Positions 46,460 to 56,405 of a stretch of DNA of 64,000 bases are shown here, piece by piece; within the stretch, counting starts at the first letter, position 1, and each line of letters opens with the position of its first letter. Origin of the DNA: Candidatus Iainarchaeum sp. Lineage in GTDB: Archaea > Iainarchaeota > Iainarchaeia > Iainarchaeales > GCA-2688035. The stretch lies in assembly GCA_017610175.1 (NCBI GenBank), contig JAFCCO010000004.1, forward strand, positions 1-64,000, given 5' to 3'. Made by a program: the position numbers and the translations under genes. The notes under the pieces are model-generated. The model was given only the letters and a program-made list of their open reading frames with translations, was not told the origin of the DNA and searched no databases.

Positions 46460-48289
46460 ATGCACAAGACACTAATTTCAATGTCCCTGCTCTTGCTCGC
46501 AGCAAGCGCATTCGCTCAAGTAACAGTATACTCAGACGCAGAATCGGTTTTCATAGGAAGAAATGACTCAATCGCCGCAATCTTCACGATTGAAAACACT
46601 TCAGATGAGGAACAGTGCCTTGATTTAAGCGGCGACACCGACAGCTATTACATTGAAATAGAACCAGGCATAACCGAAGTTTGCCTGCCCAAAAACTCAC
46701 AGACAAAGGTAACCGCAAGCGTCAAGTCAATTGATGCACCTGCCGCAAACTTTGAGGCAAAATTAATTGCCGAAAACGCAAATTACACAGAAAGTGACTT
46801 TGTGGAGGTTAAAATCCTGAGCGAGCCCGAAATTGAGCTCGTTGAGTACGAAGCAGACATCTGCAGGGCGGAAGACGATTATTTCTCCGTTCTTGTAAAG
46901 AATAACTCAAACGAACTCAAGGAAATTAGGCTCTGGGCAGACAACGAAATGCTTCTCCCATACTTTGAGCCGTCAAAATTGACACTTGATGCGTTTGAGG
47001 ACAAATACGTTAAAGTTTATGTCCACACAGGCAGAAACAGCCTGCTGGGGGATTACAGGGTAAGCCTTTTTGCAGAGGACGGAAGTATTGTTTCAAAGAA
47101 AGTGGCTTTCATCCCGGTAAAGGACTGCGAGAACGAAGAGCCCGAATTCAGCATAAGCCTTTCAACCGGCTGCACTTACGTTGACAGGGAAGACGAGGAA
47201 AGAATCAGCTTCTCAATAAGAAACCTTGAGGACGAAGAGCTTGAACTAAGGGTTGCAATCGAAAGCGACCTTCCCGTTGACTACGACAGCAGGGTAACAC
47301 TTGAGGAAAACGAGAGGAGAACGTTTAACGCATATATCAACGCAAGGGAATCGGATTACTTCGGAAGGCACGACTTTGACCTTACAGTCTGGGACCCTGA
47401 AACCGGAAAAAGCATTGAAAGAACCAAATGCATTTACGTAAGAAAAAGCAAGGCAAGCACAGTTGAACTGCTCAACAATGACATTGAAATAAGCCAGTGC
47501 TTGAGCGAAGTGTTCACGCTTCTCGCAAAAAACACTGGGGACTACGAGCTCAACTACGAAATAACAATCAACGAGGACTTCAACACAGGCTACATCAACG
47601 TAAGTGTCTCAGAGGACGAGTTTGAGCTGGGTGAGGATGAGCAAAAAGAGATCTACATCTATGTTACAACCCAGAAAGGAACCCCACTCGGAAACTACGA
47701 GTTTGACATAATTGTAAGGCACAACGGCAAAAGAATGGAGAAAACAGCAAGGTTTAGCGTAACCGAGAAAATCGAATCGGGTGAGCTGGAAGTTGTTTCA
47801 TACCCGATTCAGGTAACCGTCCCCGACGGAAACGAGCTTGCAATAGTTGTTTCACTCAGAAACGGAACCGAAGAGGATGTAACAGTTGAATCGGTGAGCC
47901 TGCTTGGCCTGCCCGCGGAATTCACAGTAAATACCGCGCACACAATATTAATTAAGGCGGGAAAAACACGCACCGTTGAGCTTGCACTTGTTTCAGGCGC
48001 AGAGCCCGGAACATACAATGCAACACTTGAGGTAAAAACAAGCGAGTTTGCCATTGTGGAAAACATTGAAATTCTTGTGCCCGAAACGGAGGAAGAAATA
48101 GACGTTCCGGCAGAAGAAGAAGAAGATGACACAGACGAACAGTTCCTTGCAGGGCTGTATACAGCAGGAGGCAACGTGCTCTACGGAATTGGAACACTTG
48201 CAATCGCACTACTGATAATCCTTTTGGCAACAAAAGTTGTCAGAAGCGTTGGAAAAAATGAAAAAGAAGTTTGGATGGGGAGGGAATAA
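46460..48289 (+). CDS. Large acidic surface protein with tandem Ig-like (COG1470/CARDB-like) repeats
   Basis: Signal peptide; repeated (I/V)xN beta modules with Cys; AGLY motif, TM helix and basic tail. Confidence 0.8.
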   Translation: MHKTLISMSLLLLAASAFAQVTVYSDAESVFIGRNDSIAAIFTIENTSDEEQCLDLSGDTDSYYIEIEPGITEVCLPKNSQTKVTASVKSIDAPAANFEAKLIAENANYTESDFVEVKILSEPEIELVEYEADICRAEDDYFSVLVKNNSNELKEIRLWADNEMLLPYFEPSKLTLDAFEDKYVKVYVHTGRNSLLGDYRVSLFAEDGSIVSKKVAFIPVKDCENEEPEFSISLSTGCTYVDREDEERISFSIRNLEDEELELRVAIESDLPVDYDSRVTLEENERRTFNAYINARESDYFGRHDFDLTVWDPETGKSIERTKCIYVRKSKASTVELLNNDIEISQCLSEVFTLLAKNTGDYELNYEITINEDFNTGYINVSVSEDEFELGEDEQKEIYIYVTTQKGTPLGNYEFDIIVRHNGKRMEKTARFSVTEKIESGELEVVSYPIQVTVPDGNELAIVVSLRNGTEEDVTVESVSLLGLPAEFTVNTAHTILIKAGKTRTVELALVSGAEPGTYNATLEVKTSEFAIVENIEILVPETEEEIDVPAEEEEDDTDEQFLAGLYTAGGNVLYGIGTLAIALLIILLATKVVRSVGKNEKEVWMGRE

Positions 48290-48290
48290 A

Positions 48291-50480
48291 ATGAAAGACA
48301 AGATAATTTTTTTAGGAATAGCAATAATGCTGATTGCAGTGGGAGTTCGCGCCGCAGAACTGAGCGGAGACTTTTCGCTTGAAGCAAAATGCGGGGAGGT
48401 AACACCAACAATTTACGTGCTCTCAAATAACACATCAAGCACACAAACATATACAATCAGTGCAATCGGGGAAAACGCAGACTGGATTAATCTAAACGGA
48501 AAATGGATTGCATCCGACCCGCTTGAAATAACAATTAAAAAAAACTCATCCAAAGAACTTCACGCAATTATAAGCACTCAAGACTGTTACGTTGAGCCAG
48601 GCAAATACACACTCACTGTGAAAGTTGACGGGCAAGAAACTGAAATAGAAATTGAGGTTATAAGCACAAGCAAGCTTGAACTCGAGGTTTCACCGACAGA
48701 CGCAAGCATTACACAGTGCGAATCACAGGAGTTCACAGCAGAAGTTGAGAACACAGGCGAAACAGACGCATACGCAGAAATCTCTGTTTCAGGAATCCCA
48801 AGCGCATGGGTTTCAATCAGGGAACCTGAATTCCTGCTTGAGAAAGGCGCAAAAAGGGAATTTTTATTCACAGTTGAACCCGCATGCGACGCACAGGTAA
48901 TTCAGTACAAGTTCGACGTTGTTGCCGCAATAAGGAAAACATCGTTCAAGGCAACAGAGGAAATTGTAATTGACCTTGAGGACGCACAGAAAATTGCAAT
49001 AACTGCAACAGATTTTAAGGCATGCATTGACTCCGCAAAAAGCGGAACAATCGAGGTCAAAAACAACGGTTTGCTTGAGGACGAGCTTGCGCTCAGCATA
49101 ACAGGCGCAGGCTTTGCATCACTTGAGGAAACAAGCGTTTCACTTGAAGCAGGTGAAAGCGCATCAATTACAGTGAACTTTGAAGAGGGAGCTAACGCAG
49201 GCACTTACCCTGTAACTGTGAAAGCAAAGAGCACAAAGTTCAACAAAGAAAGCGCAGAAAACTTTGAGGTAGAGGTAAAGGACTGCTACAATGTTTCGGT
49301 TGGAAACGTTGCCTCAAGCTTTGACGGAGAAGCAGCATGCCTTGAGGAAAACCCAAAGTATGTTTTCACACTCGAAAACGACAGCGAAAATGAGATTACA
49401 GTAAAGGCAAGCATTAAAGGAATTGAAGCAACTGTTGAGCCCGCAGAAATCACAATCTCGGCAGGGCAGAAAGCCGTTGTAGGGGCAGAAATAGACCTTG
49501 CAGCAGAAACAGCAGGGGAAAAGGAATTCACCCTACTGCTTGAAAGCGACCACTTCACAGCAGAGGAAAAATTCACACTGAAAGTGGAGGACTGCTACGC
49601 AATCGAGGTTGACTATGGTGCATTGCTTGAGCCAATCGACAAGAACGCGGACTGCGCTCCGGAGCCAATCACAGTAACTGTGACGAACACAGGCTCAAAG
49701 CAGAACAGCGTTAAGGCGGAATTGACCGGCCCCAAGTGGGTTACAATGCAGCCAATTGCAGCCTCACTTGAGTCAGGCGAGGAAACAGGCTTCTTTGTGT
49801 ACATCACACCCCCCTACAATGTAAAGGAAGGAAAACACAGCGCCAAGCTGACTTTCCAGACAGAGGACTTTAAGGGCAGCCAGGAAATTGAAATAAACGT
49901 CTACGGGGGGCTTTACGCAGACCTTGGAAAGGCAAGCGTTTCAGCAAACAGTTCACTCGAAAACCTTCTCGAAGAGGTTGACAGGACAGTTGAAGTAAAG
50001 CTAAGCATTACAAACGACAGCAATGCATTGCTTAGGGTCGAGGACATTAACGTCCAGGGCTTCTATGCAGAGGACACATTCACCGAAGCAGTTCTGCAGC
50101 CGAATGAAACCGTTGAAACCACAGTAAAGCTTTACCTTGGAAAGGGCTGGGAGCTTGAAGAGTTTCCTGTAACTGTGCACTTCCTAACCAACAAGGGAAT
50201 TGTTGAACGGGAGATAACGGTTGACCTAAACCCCAAAGAGAAAGAGGAAGTTCAGATTGCCACAGTTGGCCTTTTCGGGCTTGCAAACGCAAGGAACGCA
50301 GTTCTTGTTGCAATAGTTGCAATAGTGATTGCCCTTGCAGTTGTGGCAGGACTAAGGCTCAGCAGGCCAAAGCCAAGCGCCACCCTTTCAAGCCTTGCAG
50401 ACCAAGTCCACGCAGAGCCTGGCAAAAAGCTTGAACAGATAGGGAAGAAAAAGGTCAGAAAAAGGGCAAAGAAGAAATAA
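48291..50480 (+). CDS. Large surface protein with tandem Ig-like repeats
   Basis: Signal peptide; VENTG/VKNNG/VTNTG modules, (K/E)DCY linkers; VGLF motif, TM helix and basic tail. Confidence 0.8.
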   Translation: MKDKIIFLGIAIMLIAVGVRAAELSGDFSLEAKCGEVTPTIYVLSNNTSSTQTYTISAIGENADWINLNGKWIASDPLEITIKKNSSKELHAIISTQDCYVEPGKYTLTVKVDGQETEIEIEVISTSKLELEVSPTDASITQCESQEFTAEVENTGETDAYAEISVSGIPSAWVSIREPEFLLEKGAKREFLFTVEPACDAQVIQYKFDVVAAIRKTSFKATEEIVIDLEDAQKIAITATDFKACIDSAKSGTIEVKNNGLLEDELALSITGAGFASLEETSVSLEAGESASITVNFEEGANAGTYPVTVKAKSTKFNKESAENFEVEVKDCYNVSVGNVASSFDGEAACLEENPKYVFTLENDSENEITVKASIKGIEATVEPAEITISAGQKAVVGAEIDLAAETAGEKEFTLLLESDHFTAEEKFTLKVEDCYAIEVDYGALLEPIDKNADCAPEPITVTVTNTGSKQNSVKAELTGPKWVTMQPIAASLESGEETGFFVYITPPYNVKEGKHSAKLTFQTEDFKGSQEIEINVYGGLYADLGKASVSANSSLENLLEEVDRTVEVKLSITNDSNALLRVEDINVQGFYAEDTFTEAVLQPNETVETTVKLYLGKGWELEEFPVTVHFLTNKGIVEREITVDLNPKEKEEVQIATVGLFGLANARNAVLVAIVAIVIALAVVAGLRLSRPKPSATLSSLADQVHAEPGKKLEQIGKKKVRKRAKKK

Positions 50481-50504
50481 AAGAGCCCTTTTCAACTTCT
50501 TTTT

Positions 50505-51791
50505 TTACTTTGAAAGGCTGGCAAAAACCTTGTTGTCAAGCATTGCAACAGCTTCAATTAGAGAGTCTATTTGCTGCAGTGAAACTGTAATGCTTGCCTT
50601 GTGGCCTTTGTCCGCAGCAGCGCATTTGTCTGCAGCAGTTGCCTGACAAACACAAAAGCTTTGCTGCTCAGCACTAGTTCCAGTCCAGCTCAGCCCCGAC
50701 CATTCGTGAACCTTTGATGCCTTGAATGCATCATAGCCTATCGTGGCCTCAGCGGTTCCGCTGCAGCCTGCATTCTTGAACAGGAAAAGCTTTGAGGTTG
50801 CTTCGCCCTTAAGGTTTGTTATTTTGAGCTTGAATGTTTCCTTGTTGATTAAGGTTACCGAACCAGAGTTCTGAGCAGGCTTTGTTTCACTACTGGCTCC
50901 AATATACTGAACTTGCAGGTCTGAAACAGGCGCGCCCTCTTTTATTTCAAAAAAGACGCCAGTAAATTCAATACCCTGCTGTGGAGTGTACACAATCATA
51001 ACATACTGGCCAACTGGTTTACTATTAATCATACTAAGTGCTGCTGAAGTTAAAGGCCTTGAAACCGCGGTGCCTTTGTTGACTTTGGAGTCAGAAACAC
51101 CCAAATCATCTGTTAAGTTAAACTTGTCTGCATTAAGGGTAGCCATTGCACCTTCAAGAGTGCTTCCTACCGGAAAGGCGTTTTTTGAAATGCGAAAAAC
51201 GTACCCTGTGGGCAATTCTTCGTTTGCAGTGAATGAAACTGTTGCCTCTGCGGTTGAATTTTTAATAAACGGGGATGGTGAAATCGTTATGTTTGAAACA
51301 GGAGTTGAAGCTGACGGTGTTTCCCCCCTTAAGGTTGTTTTAACAAAGTCAGCATATTCTTGGTTAACCTTAATTGTAAAGTCCTTAATTTGGTTATCCT
51401 GTCCCCAATTATCAATACACGCAAATTTGATATTAATTTCTTTTCCACCACCAACATTAAAAGCAATCCATCCCGTATTGTCGCCATCAGTACAAGTAAA
51501 ACTTTGCTCTTGCCAATCACTAGCGCTCTTGAGAACCGAAGCCTTATAAGATAATTCATCACCGCTTTCACCAGTCCCCTTCATAGTAAATATTTTGTCT
51601 CCACTCCCAGTGTCTACAATATTAAGCCAATTTCCTTCACCAAAATCAAGGGTCATCTTTTCACTAAAAGAGACCTCGCTAGTGCTTATTGCGTCAAACG
51701 ACTTGTCATAATTAGCTGCAGCCAAAACAAAAACAGCTACCAAAATTAGACTGCAGATAAGAATTAATTTGCCCCAATTATTTTTCCTCAT
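50505..51791 (-). CDS. Secreted hypothetical protein with conserved C-terminal amphipathic helix
   Basis: Signal peptide; S/T/G-rich; ends SLIEAVAMLDNKVFASLSK. Confidence 0.75.
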   Translation of the reverse strand: MRKNNWGKLILICSLILVAVFVLAAANYDKSFDAISTSEVSFSEKMTLDFGEGNWLNIVDTGSGDKIFTMKGTGESGDELSYKASVLKSASDWQEQSFTCTDGDNTGWIAFNVGGGKEINIKFACIDNWGQDNQIKDFTIKVNQEYADFVKTTLRGETPSASTPVSNITISPSPFIKNSTAEATVSFTANEELPTGYVFRISKNAFPVGSTLEGAMATLNADKFNLTDDLGVSDSKVNKGTAVSRPLTSAALSMINSKPVGQYVMIVYTPQQGIEFTGVFFEIKEGAPVSDLQVQYIGASSETKPAQNSGSVTLINKETFKLKITNLKGEATSKLFLFKNAGCSGTAEATIGYDAFKASKVHEWSGLSWTGTSAEQQSFCVCQATAADKCAAADKGHKASITVSLQQIDSLIEAVAMLDNKVFASLSK

Positions 51792-51877
51792 AAAAGCACC
51801 TAACTTCAATAAATTAATCTCTTTAAGTTATATTAATACTTTCCTGCTTTTTAAAGGTTTTTATTGCGTTAAATTGG

Positions 51878-53623
51878 TTATTTGCCAAGTTCTTCCGCAA
51901 TTTTCTCGCTGATTCTTGCAAGTGCCTCAAGCACGGTTTTTAGTCCCACAGGAACATCAGGTGGGTCGGGGGACGCCTTTAGCTTGACATCGAGCTTTGT
52001 TGATGCATCAGTAAGCATTATGTTAACGGCTTCATTGCCCTTTTCATAGAACTTTGCACGCACATCTATGGTGTACGGACTCTCCGCAGTCTTCAATGCA
52101 ATATGGCCGCGGGGCATCTCCAAACCATCTGCCCTGTTAGGAGTCAAGCCGGAATTAAAATTTGGCCACAAAACGTAAACGTTCCCCTCAGAAGCTTCCT
52201 GCTCCGCCTTCCTAAAAGTATAGAAATCAATAATGTCGTCGTCCTTATTCCAGAGGGTCACACTGTATTGATACAAAAACTTTGACTTGGATCCGTCCTC
52301 AAAATAGAAGCCCTGCACATTGTAAAATTGAGCACAAACATTGAACACCGCCGGCCTTTCCTCAGAAGCTTCAGGAATCTCAACTTCCTCAAGAGTTGAT
52401 GAATCGCATGCAAACACAACCATAAAAGGAAGCCTTTGCTTTTCAGCCTCGGTTTCAAACTTTGCCTGAAGCGTTCCGGTGGGATAGGTCACAAAAACAA
52501 GGTATGCCTTGTTTGCCACAAGATCTGCTTTGTTAAAGGTCAGCATGGTCTGCCCCGCAACACCTGCCTTTAGGTCAAATTGAGCGGGCTGCATTTCAAA
52601 GGCAACATCTTTACCACCCTCAAATGATTTAACCGAAATGTGCTCCTTCAAAAGTGTGTGGTCAGAGGGAAGTGTAACTGTTACAGTTACTGCAACCTCG
52701 TCACCAAAAAGCTCTAGCATTTGTGGCTCGAGAACAAGAGTTGCCTCAATGCTTTTGCCTGCCTCAGTTACTGCCTCAACAATATCCGATTCTGCAAGGA
52801 CAACGTTGGATGCGTCAAATGCAGCAAGCCTGAAGAAGTAAGTCTTCCCCGCTTCAAGCTTGTCAACAATGAAAGATGTTGCCCCCTCGAATGCAACCCA
52901 TCTTTGGTTAGCAACCTTGGCATAGTCCCCTTCAAGATCAGCCCTGTTTTCGGAGTAGAAAACTCGCAGGAACTTAAGGTTTGCGTGTTCGTACTTTATC
53001 CAGCCAAGCTCTGCACTTGATTCGCCGGCAGTTGCGGCAAGACCTGCTATTTTTTCAATTGTGCCCGCTACCCTTGCCTGCTGTGTCGCCGCCGCAGCCG
53101 CCGCAGATTTTCTTTCCTGCTCTGCAATCTGCTGCAGTTCAGCTGCGGTTCTCTTTTGGGTTTGAATCACTTCACCCTCGGACTTAACCGCAGGATCCTC
53201 GGCGATGAGAATTGTTTTGGGATAGGACTCATCAATCTGGGTTCCGCTGGAATTGAACACGTCAATTTTGTAGAAATACTTGACCTGCACTGTTTTCACA
53301 TCATCCACGGTTACAGGCTTTCCAAGCCTTTGAGATGCAAGGCGCGCATAGGCCTCAAGATATGCCTGCCTGTCAACAGAGTCCTCAAAAGAAAGCTCCG
53401 CGGTTTTGCCAACCTCCTTAAACGAGCCGTCTACAAACAGGCCCTTTCTTGAAATTCCGTACTGCTTTGCGGCGTCACTGTAGGAATTCCATTTTAACGA
53501 AACCTTTCCTGCAGTGTAGGATAACTGGAATGATTCCAAAAATTTTTCCCTGGGCGTTTGTTCTGCAAAAGCAAGCGAAGAAAAAAGCAGAAGAAGCGCT
53601 GCAATGAGAATTGCTTTACGCAC
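51878..53623 (-). CDS. Secreted protein with fibronectin type III-like domains and conserved C-terminal helix
   Basis: GGAGGT RBS, GTG start, signal peptide; VSLKW..Y and ELGW..LEAGKTYFFRLAA FN3 patterns; ends TVLEALARISEKIAEELGK. Confidence 0.78.
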   Translation of the reverse strand: MRKAILIAALLLLFSSLAFAEQTPREKFLESFQLSYTAGKVSLKWNSYSDAAKQYGISRKGLFVDGSFKEVGKTAELSFEDSVDRQAYLEAYARLASQRLGKPVTVDDVKTVQVKYFYKIDVFNSSGTQIDESYPKTILIAEDPAVKSEGEVIQTQKRTAAELQQIAEQERKSAAAAAATQQARVAGTIEKIAGLAATAGESSAELGWIKYEHANLKFLRVFYSENRADLEGDYAKVANQRWVAFEGATSFIVDKLEAGKTYFFRLAAFDASNVVLAESDIVEAVTEAGKSIEATLVLEPQMLELFGDEVAVTVTVTLPSDHTLLKEHISVKSFEGGKDVAFEMQPAQFDLKAGVAGQTMLTFNKADLVANKAYLVFVTYPTGTLQAKFETEAEKQRLPFMVVFACDSSTLEEVEIPEASEERPAVFNVCAQFYNVQGFYFEDGSKSKFLYQYSVTLWNKDDDIIDFYTFRKAEQEASEGNVYVLWPNFNSGLTPNRADGLEMPRGHIALKTAESPYTIDVRAKFYEKGNEAVNIMLTDASTKLDVKLKASPDPPDVPVGLKTVLEALARISEKIAEELGK

Positions 53624-54218
53624 CGCAACCGACCTCCGTTTCCTCAACCAAAACTATTCCTGAAAAGTAGGCGTTGGCCATACTCTGCTTTTCAACCCTA
53701 ATGCTTGGAACAAAAAACAGCTCGTTTGCCTCGGGGTAAAGTGAGCGGTATTCGTTAATAGACTCTGACAAATCAATTGCGATGGCGTAAGCTTCGCCCA
53801 TTGCAGTAACCGTTTCGTTCATCTTGGGCAGCAAAACACAGGTATCCCCATCCTCAAAGTTATCTGAAACCGAGAGCTCGGACGCTATTTCACCAAGCCC
53901 CCTTGACTTAAGCTCAAGTCTGATTTTTGAGTTAAGAATTTCGATGAGTAGGAGAGCTGCTTTGGAGTCAACGCTTTCTGGAAAGGCCTCAATTCGCTCG
54001 GCTTCAGAGGCAAGCTCGGACTTGAATGAAAAAAGCTGCGCCTTTTCAGCTGTTGAAAGGTCCTCAATGTCAACATTTTCTTCAGCCGCAAGTGTGCGAA
54101 TATTCAGGACCTCTTGTTCAAAGGAAAACTCTTCTCCCGCCGCAAAAAGCAAAAGTACTGCGCCAACTATGAAAATAGCTGCAATACCCAATCCGGCACT
54201 AGCTAATTTTGAAACCAA
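53616..54218 (-). CDS. Membrane-anchored acidic helical hypothetical protein
   Basis: N-terminal TM helix; overlaps the start of the next gene. Confidence 0.7.
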   Translation of the reverse strand: MVSKLASAGLGIAAIFIVGAVLLLFAAGEEFSFEQEVLNIRTLAAEENVDIEDLSTAEKAQLFSFKSELASEAERIEAFPESVDSKAALLLIEILNSKIRLELKSRGLGEIASELSVSDNFEDGDTCVLLPKMNETVTAMGEAYAIAIDLSESINEYRSLYPEANELFFVPSIRVEKQSMANAYFSGIVLVEETEVGCGA

Positions 54219-54311
54219 AAAAATCCTCCTTTCAGCTGATAAAATAAGGGTTTGGCAATTATTAATCTTTCCGCTTTTAAAGAATTTCCGTTCACATAAG
54301 TACTGATTTTA

Positions 54312-55241
54312 ATGGCTGAAAGCAGTATTAATTTGGCAATAATTGGCTCAGGCCCCGCAGGGATTACCGCAGGAATTTACGCCGCAAGAAAAAACCTTAG
54401 CGTGCGGGTTTTTGAGAGCGCTGCTTTGGGTGGACAGACATCGCTTGCAATCTTTGTGGAAAACTATCCCGGAACAAAGAGAATTCGCGGCTCTGAATTA
54501 ATGGACCAATGGGCAGAGCACTTGAAAGAGTTTGGGGTGGAAGTAGAGGAAGCAAACGGGATTAAAAGCGTTAAGAAGATTAACGGCGGATTTGAGCTTG
54601 TTACAGATGAAAAGGAAACCGTTAATGCAAAGGCCGTGCTGGTTGTAACCGGAACAGAAAACAAGAAGCTTGGAATTCCCGGCGAAAAAGAGCTTTACGG
54701 AAAAGGAATTTCATACTGTGCCAACTGCGACGGCCCCGTTTACAAGGGAAAGAAGGTTGCAGTAATTGGCGGGGGAAATTCGGGAGTGACAAACGGGCTG
54801 TTCATAGAAGAAATTGCGGCAGAAACAATGCTTATTGAATTTATGCCGGAACTAAACTGCGATGAAGTTTATTTGCCAAAGCTTGAGAAAAGCAAGATTA
54901 GGGTTTTGAAGAACACGCAGGCGCTTGAAGTTAAGGGAGAAGAGCGAGTGCAGGCACTAAAAGTAAAGGACAGGGCAACAGGGAAGGAAAGCGAGATTGC
55001 CGTTGATGGAATTTTTATCTACGTTGGGTTAGAGCCGAGGAACAGGCTTGCAAAAGAGCTTGGATGCAAGCTGGACAAGTGGGGCTTCATTGAAACAAGT
55101 GTGGAGCAGGCAAGTTCTGTAAAGGGCGTGTTTGCGGCAGGAGACATTGTTTCAGGCACTTTGGCTCAGACAGTGTGGGCGGCGGCAAGCGGTGCAAGGG
55201 CGGCTCTTGCAGCCTACGACTTCATAAAACAAGGCAAGTAG
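54312..55241 (+). CDS. trxB: Thioredoxin-disulfide reductase
   Basis: GSGPAG, VENYPG, GISYCANCDG, GGGNSG, FAAGD. Confidence 0.9.
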   Translation: MAESSINLAIIGSGPAGITAGIYAARKNLSVRVFESAALGGQTSLAIFVENYPGTKRIRGSELMDQWAEHLKEFGVEVEEANGIKSVKKINGGFELVTDEKETVNAKAVLVVTGTENKKLGIPGEKELYGKGISYCANCDGPVYKGKKVAVIGGGNSGVTNGLFIEEIAAETMLIEFMPELNCDEVYLPKLEKSKIRVLKNTQALEVKGEERVQALKVKDRATGKESEIAVDGIFIYVGLEPRNRLAKELGCKLDKWGFIETSVEQASSVKGVFAAGDIVSGTLAQTVWAAASGARAALAAYDFIKQGK

Positions 55242-55258
55242 AAAGCCTTTTATATAAT

Positions 55259-55272
55259 ATGTTATATAACAT
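55259..55272. promoter_or_regulatory. Perfect 14-bp palindrome ATGTTATATAACAT just upstream of the RHH gene
   Basis: Lies within the 12-bp direct repeat TATAATATGTTA/TATAACATGTTG, next to a TATA box. Confidence 0.5.
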
Positions 55273-55279
55273 GTTGCAT

Positions 55280-55528
55280 ATGAAGCACTATTCTTTGGTG
55301 ATTGAGCCCAGGCTTATCAAAGAAGTTGATGCATTGATTAAAAAACATGGACTCTACAGCAGCAGAAGCGACTTCATAAGGGACGCAATAAGACAGCGCT
55401 TAATTGAAATTAAGCAAATTATGGGCGAACAGCAGGAAGAAGATGAAAAATTATCCGCAAAGGAAAGGAAAGAGCAGGAAATGCTCGAGAAGGCAATAGA
55501 CGAATTCAAGTACCGCGGTGTCTACTAA
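55280..55528 (+). CDS. Ribbon-helix-helix (CopG/MetJ) DNA-binding protein
   Basis: YSLVI..LIKEVDALI..YSSRSDFIRDAIR. Confidence 0.85.
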   Translation: MKHYSLVIEPRLIKEVDALIKKHGLYSSRSDFIRDAIRQRLIEIKQIMGEQQEEDEKLSAKERKEQEMLEKAIDEFKYRGVY

Positions 55529-55577
55529 CTAATTAAGCTTTTTAATGCTTTGAGACCCATTAATAGCGGGTCGGGAT

Positions 55578-56405
55578 ATGGCATTTTCAGGAAAAAAAGA
55601 CAAACACACAGTCCTAATTCTATCCGAACAGGAATCAAGGGATTCTGGAATTGAGCTCAACAAAGAGTACGAGCTGGTTAATGCAAAAAAGGGAATCTGG
55701 CTCATGGTTGAAACAGGCAATGCAAAGGAAACGCAGCCAAAGCCGGCTGAGGAAAAGCCTGTTGAAAAGGAAGAGCAGAAAGCCAAACCAAAAAAGAGCC
55801 CTCGCGAAGTTGAACTTGAGGCAAAGATTGTCGAAATGATTGACTCACTCCCCTTGGGTGAGCGGGTTGAGGGAAAATTCGAGGAAAAGCTCAGCGAAGA
55901 GGAAAAGCCCGTTTTTGAAGCAATGATTAAAGAGAGCCAAGTGGTGGCATTCAGGTTAAGCAACAAATACAAGAAAGCGGTTTACAAGCTTGCGGCCGAG
56001 AAAGCCGGGGCTGCGAAGGATTCAGGAGTGAAGGACGCTGAGAGAACAGGAGCCCCTGAAAAAAAGATTGAGGAATACTCTCTTGAAAAAGACGGAATCA
56101 TGGTAATCAAAAACGAGCAGAGGGCAAAAAGCATTTCAGCGCGGCTCAGCAAAGAGATTAAAGAGGGAAAAATTAAGGGAATTCGCGGATTTGACGGCGT
56201 GTTCTATGTGGTGGAGGAGGAGCTCTACAAAAAATACAGGGAGCTCGCACTTAAGGAACTAAGGGTGAAGGAAAAACTTGCGCTCAACGACATTGCGCAA
56301 AAAATAGGGGTCTCAAAGACTCTTGCAAGAATAGTTTGTGAATTTTTAAAGGACGAAGGCGAGATAATTGAAAAAAGCAAAGAAACCTACCAGTTCATCA
56401 GCTGA
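55578..56405 (+). CDS. Hypothetical protein with possible C-terminal winged helix
   Basis: Long charged ORF; LNDIAQKIGVS..EFLKDEGEI. Confidence 0.7.
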   Translation: MAFSGKKDKHTVLILSEQESRDSGIELNKEYELVNAKKGIWLMVETGNAKETQPKPAEEKPVEKEEQKAKPKKSPREVELEAKIVEMIDSLPLGERVEGKFEEKLSEEEKPVFEAMIKESQVVAFRLSNKYKKAVYKLAAEKAGAAKDSGVKDAERTGAPEKKIEEYSLEKDGIMVIKNEQRAKSISARLSKEIKEGKIKGIRGFDGVFYVVEEELYKKYRELALKELRVKEKLALNDIAQKIGVSKTLARIVCEFLKDEGEIIEKSKETYQFIS

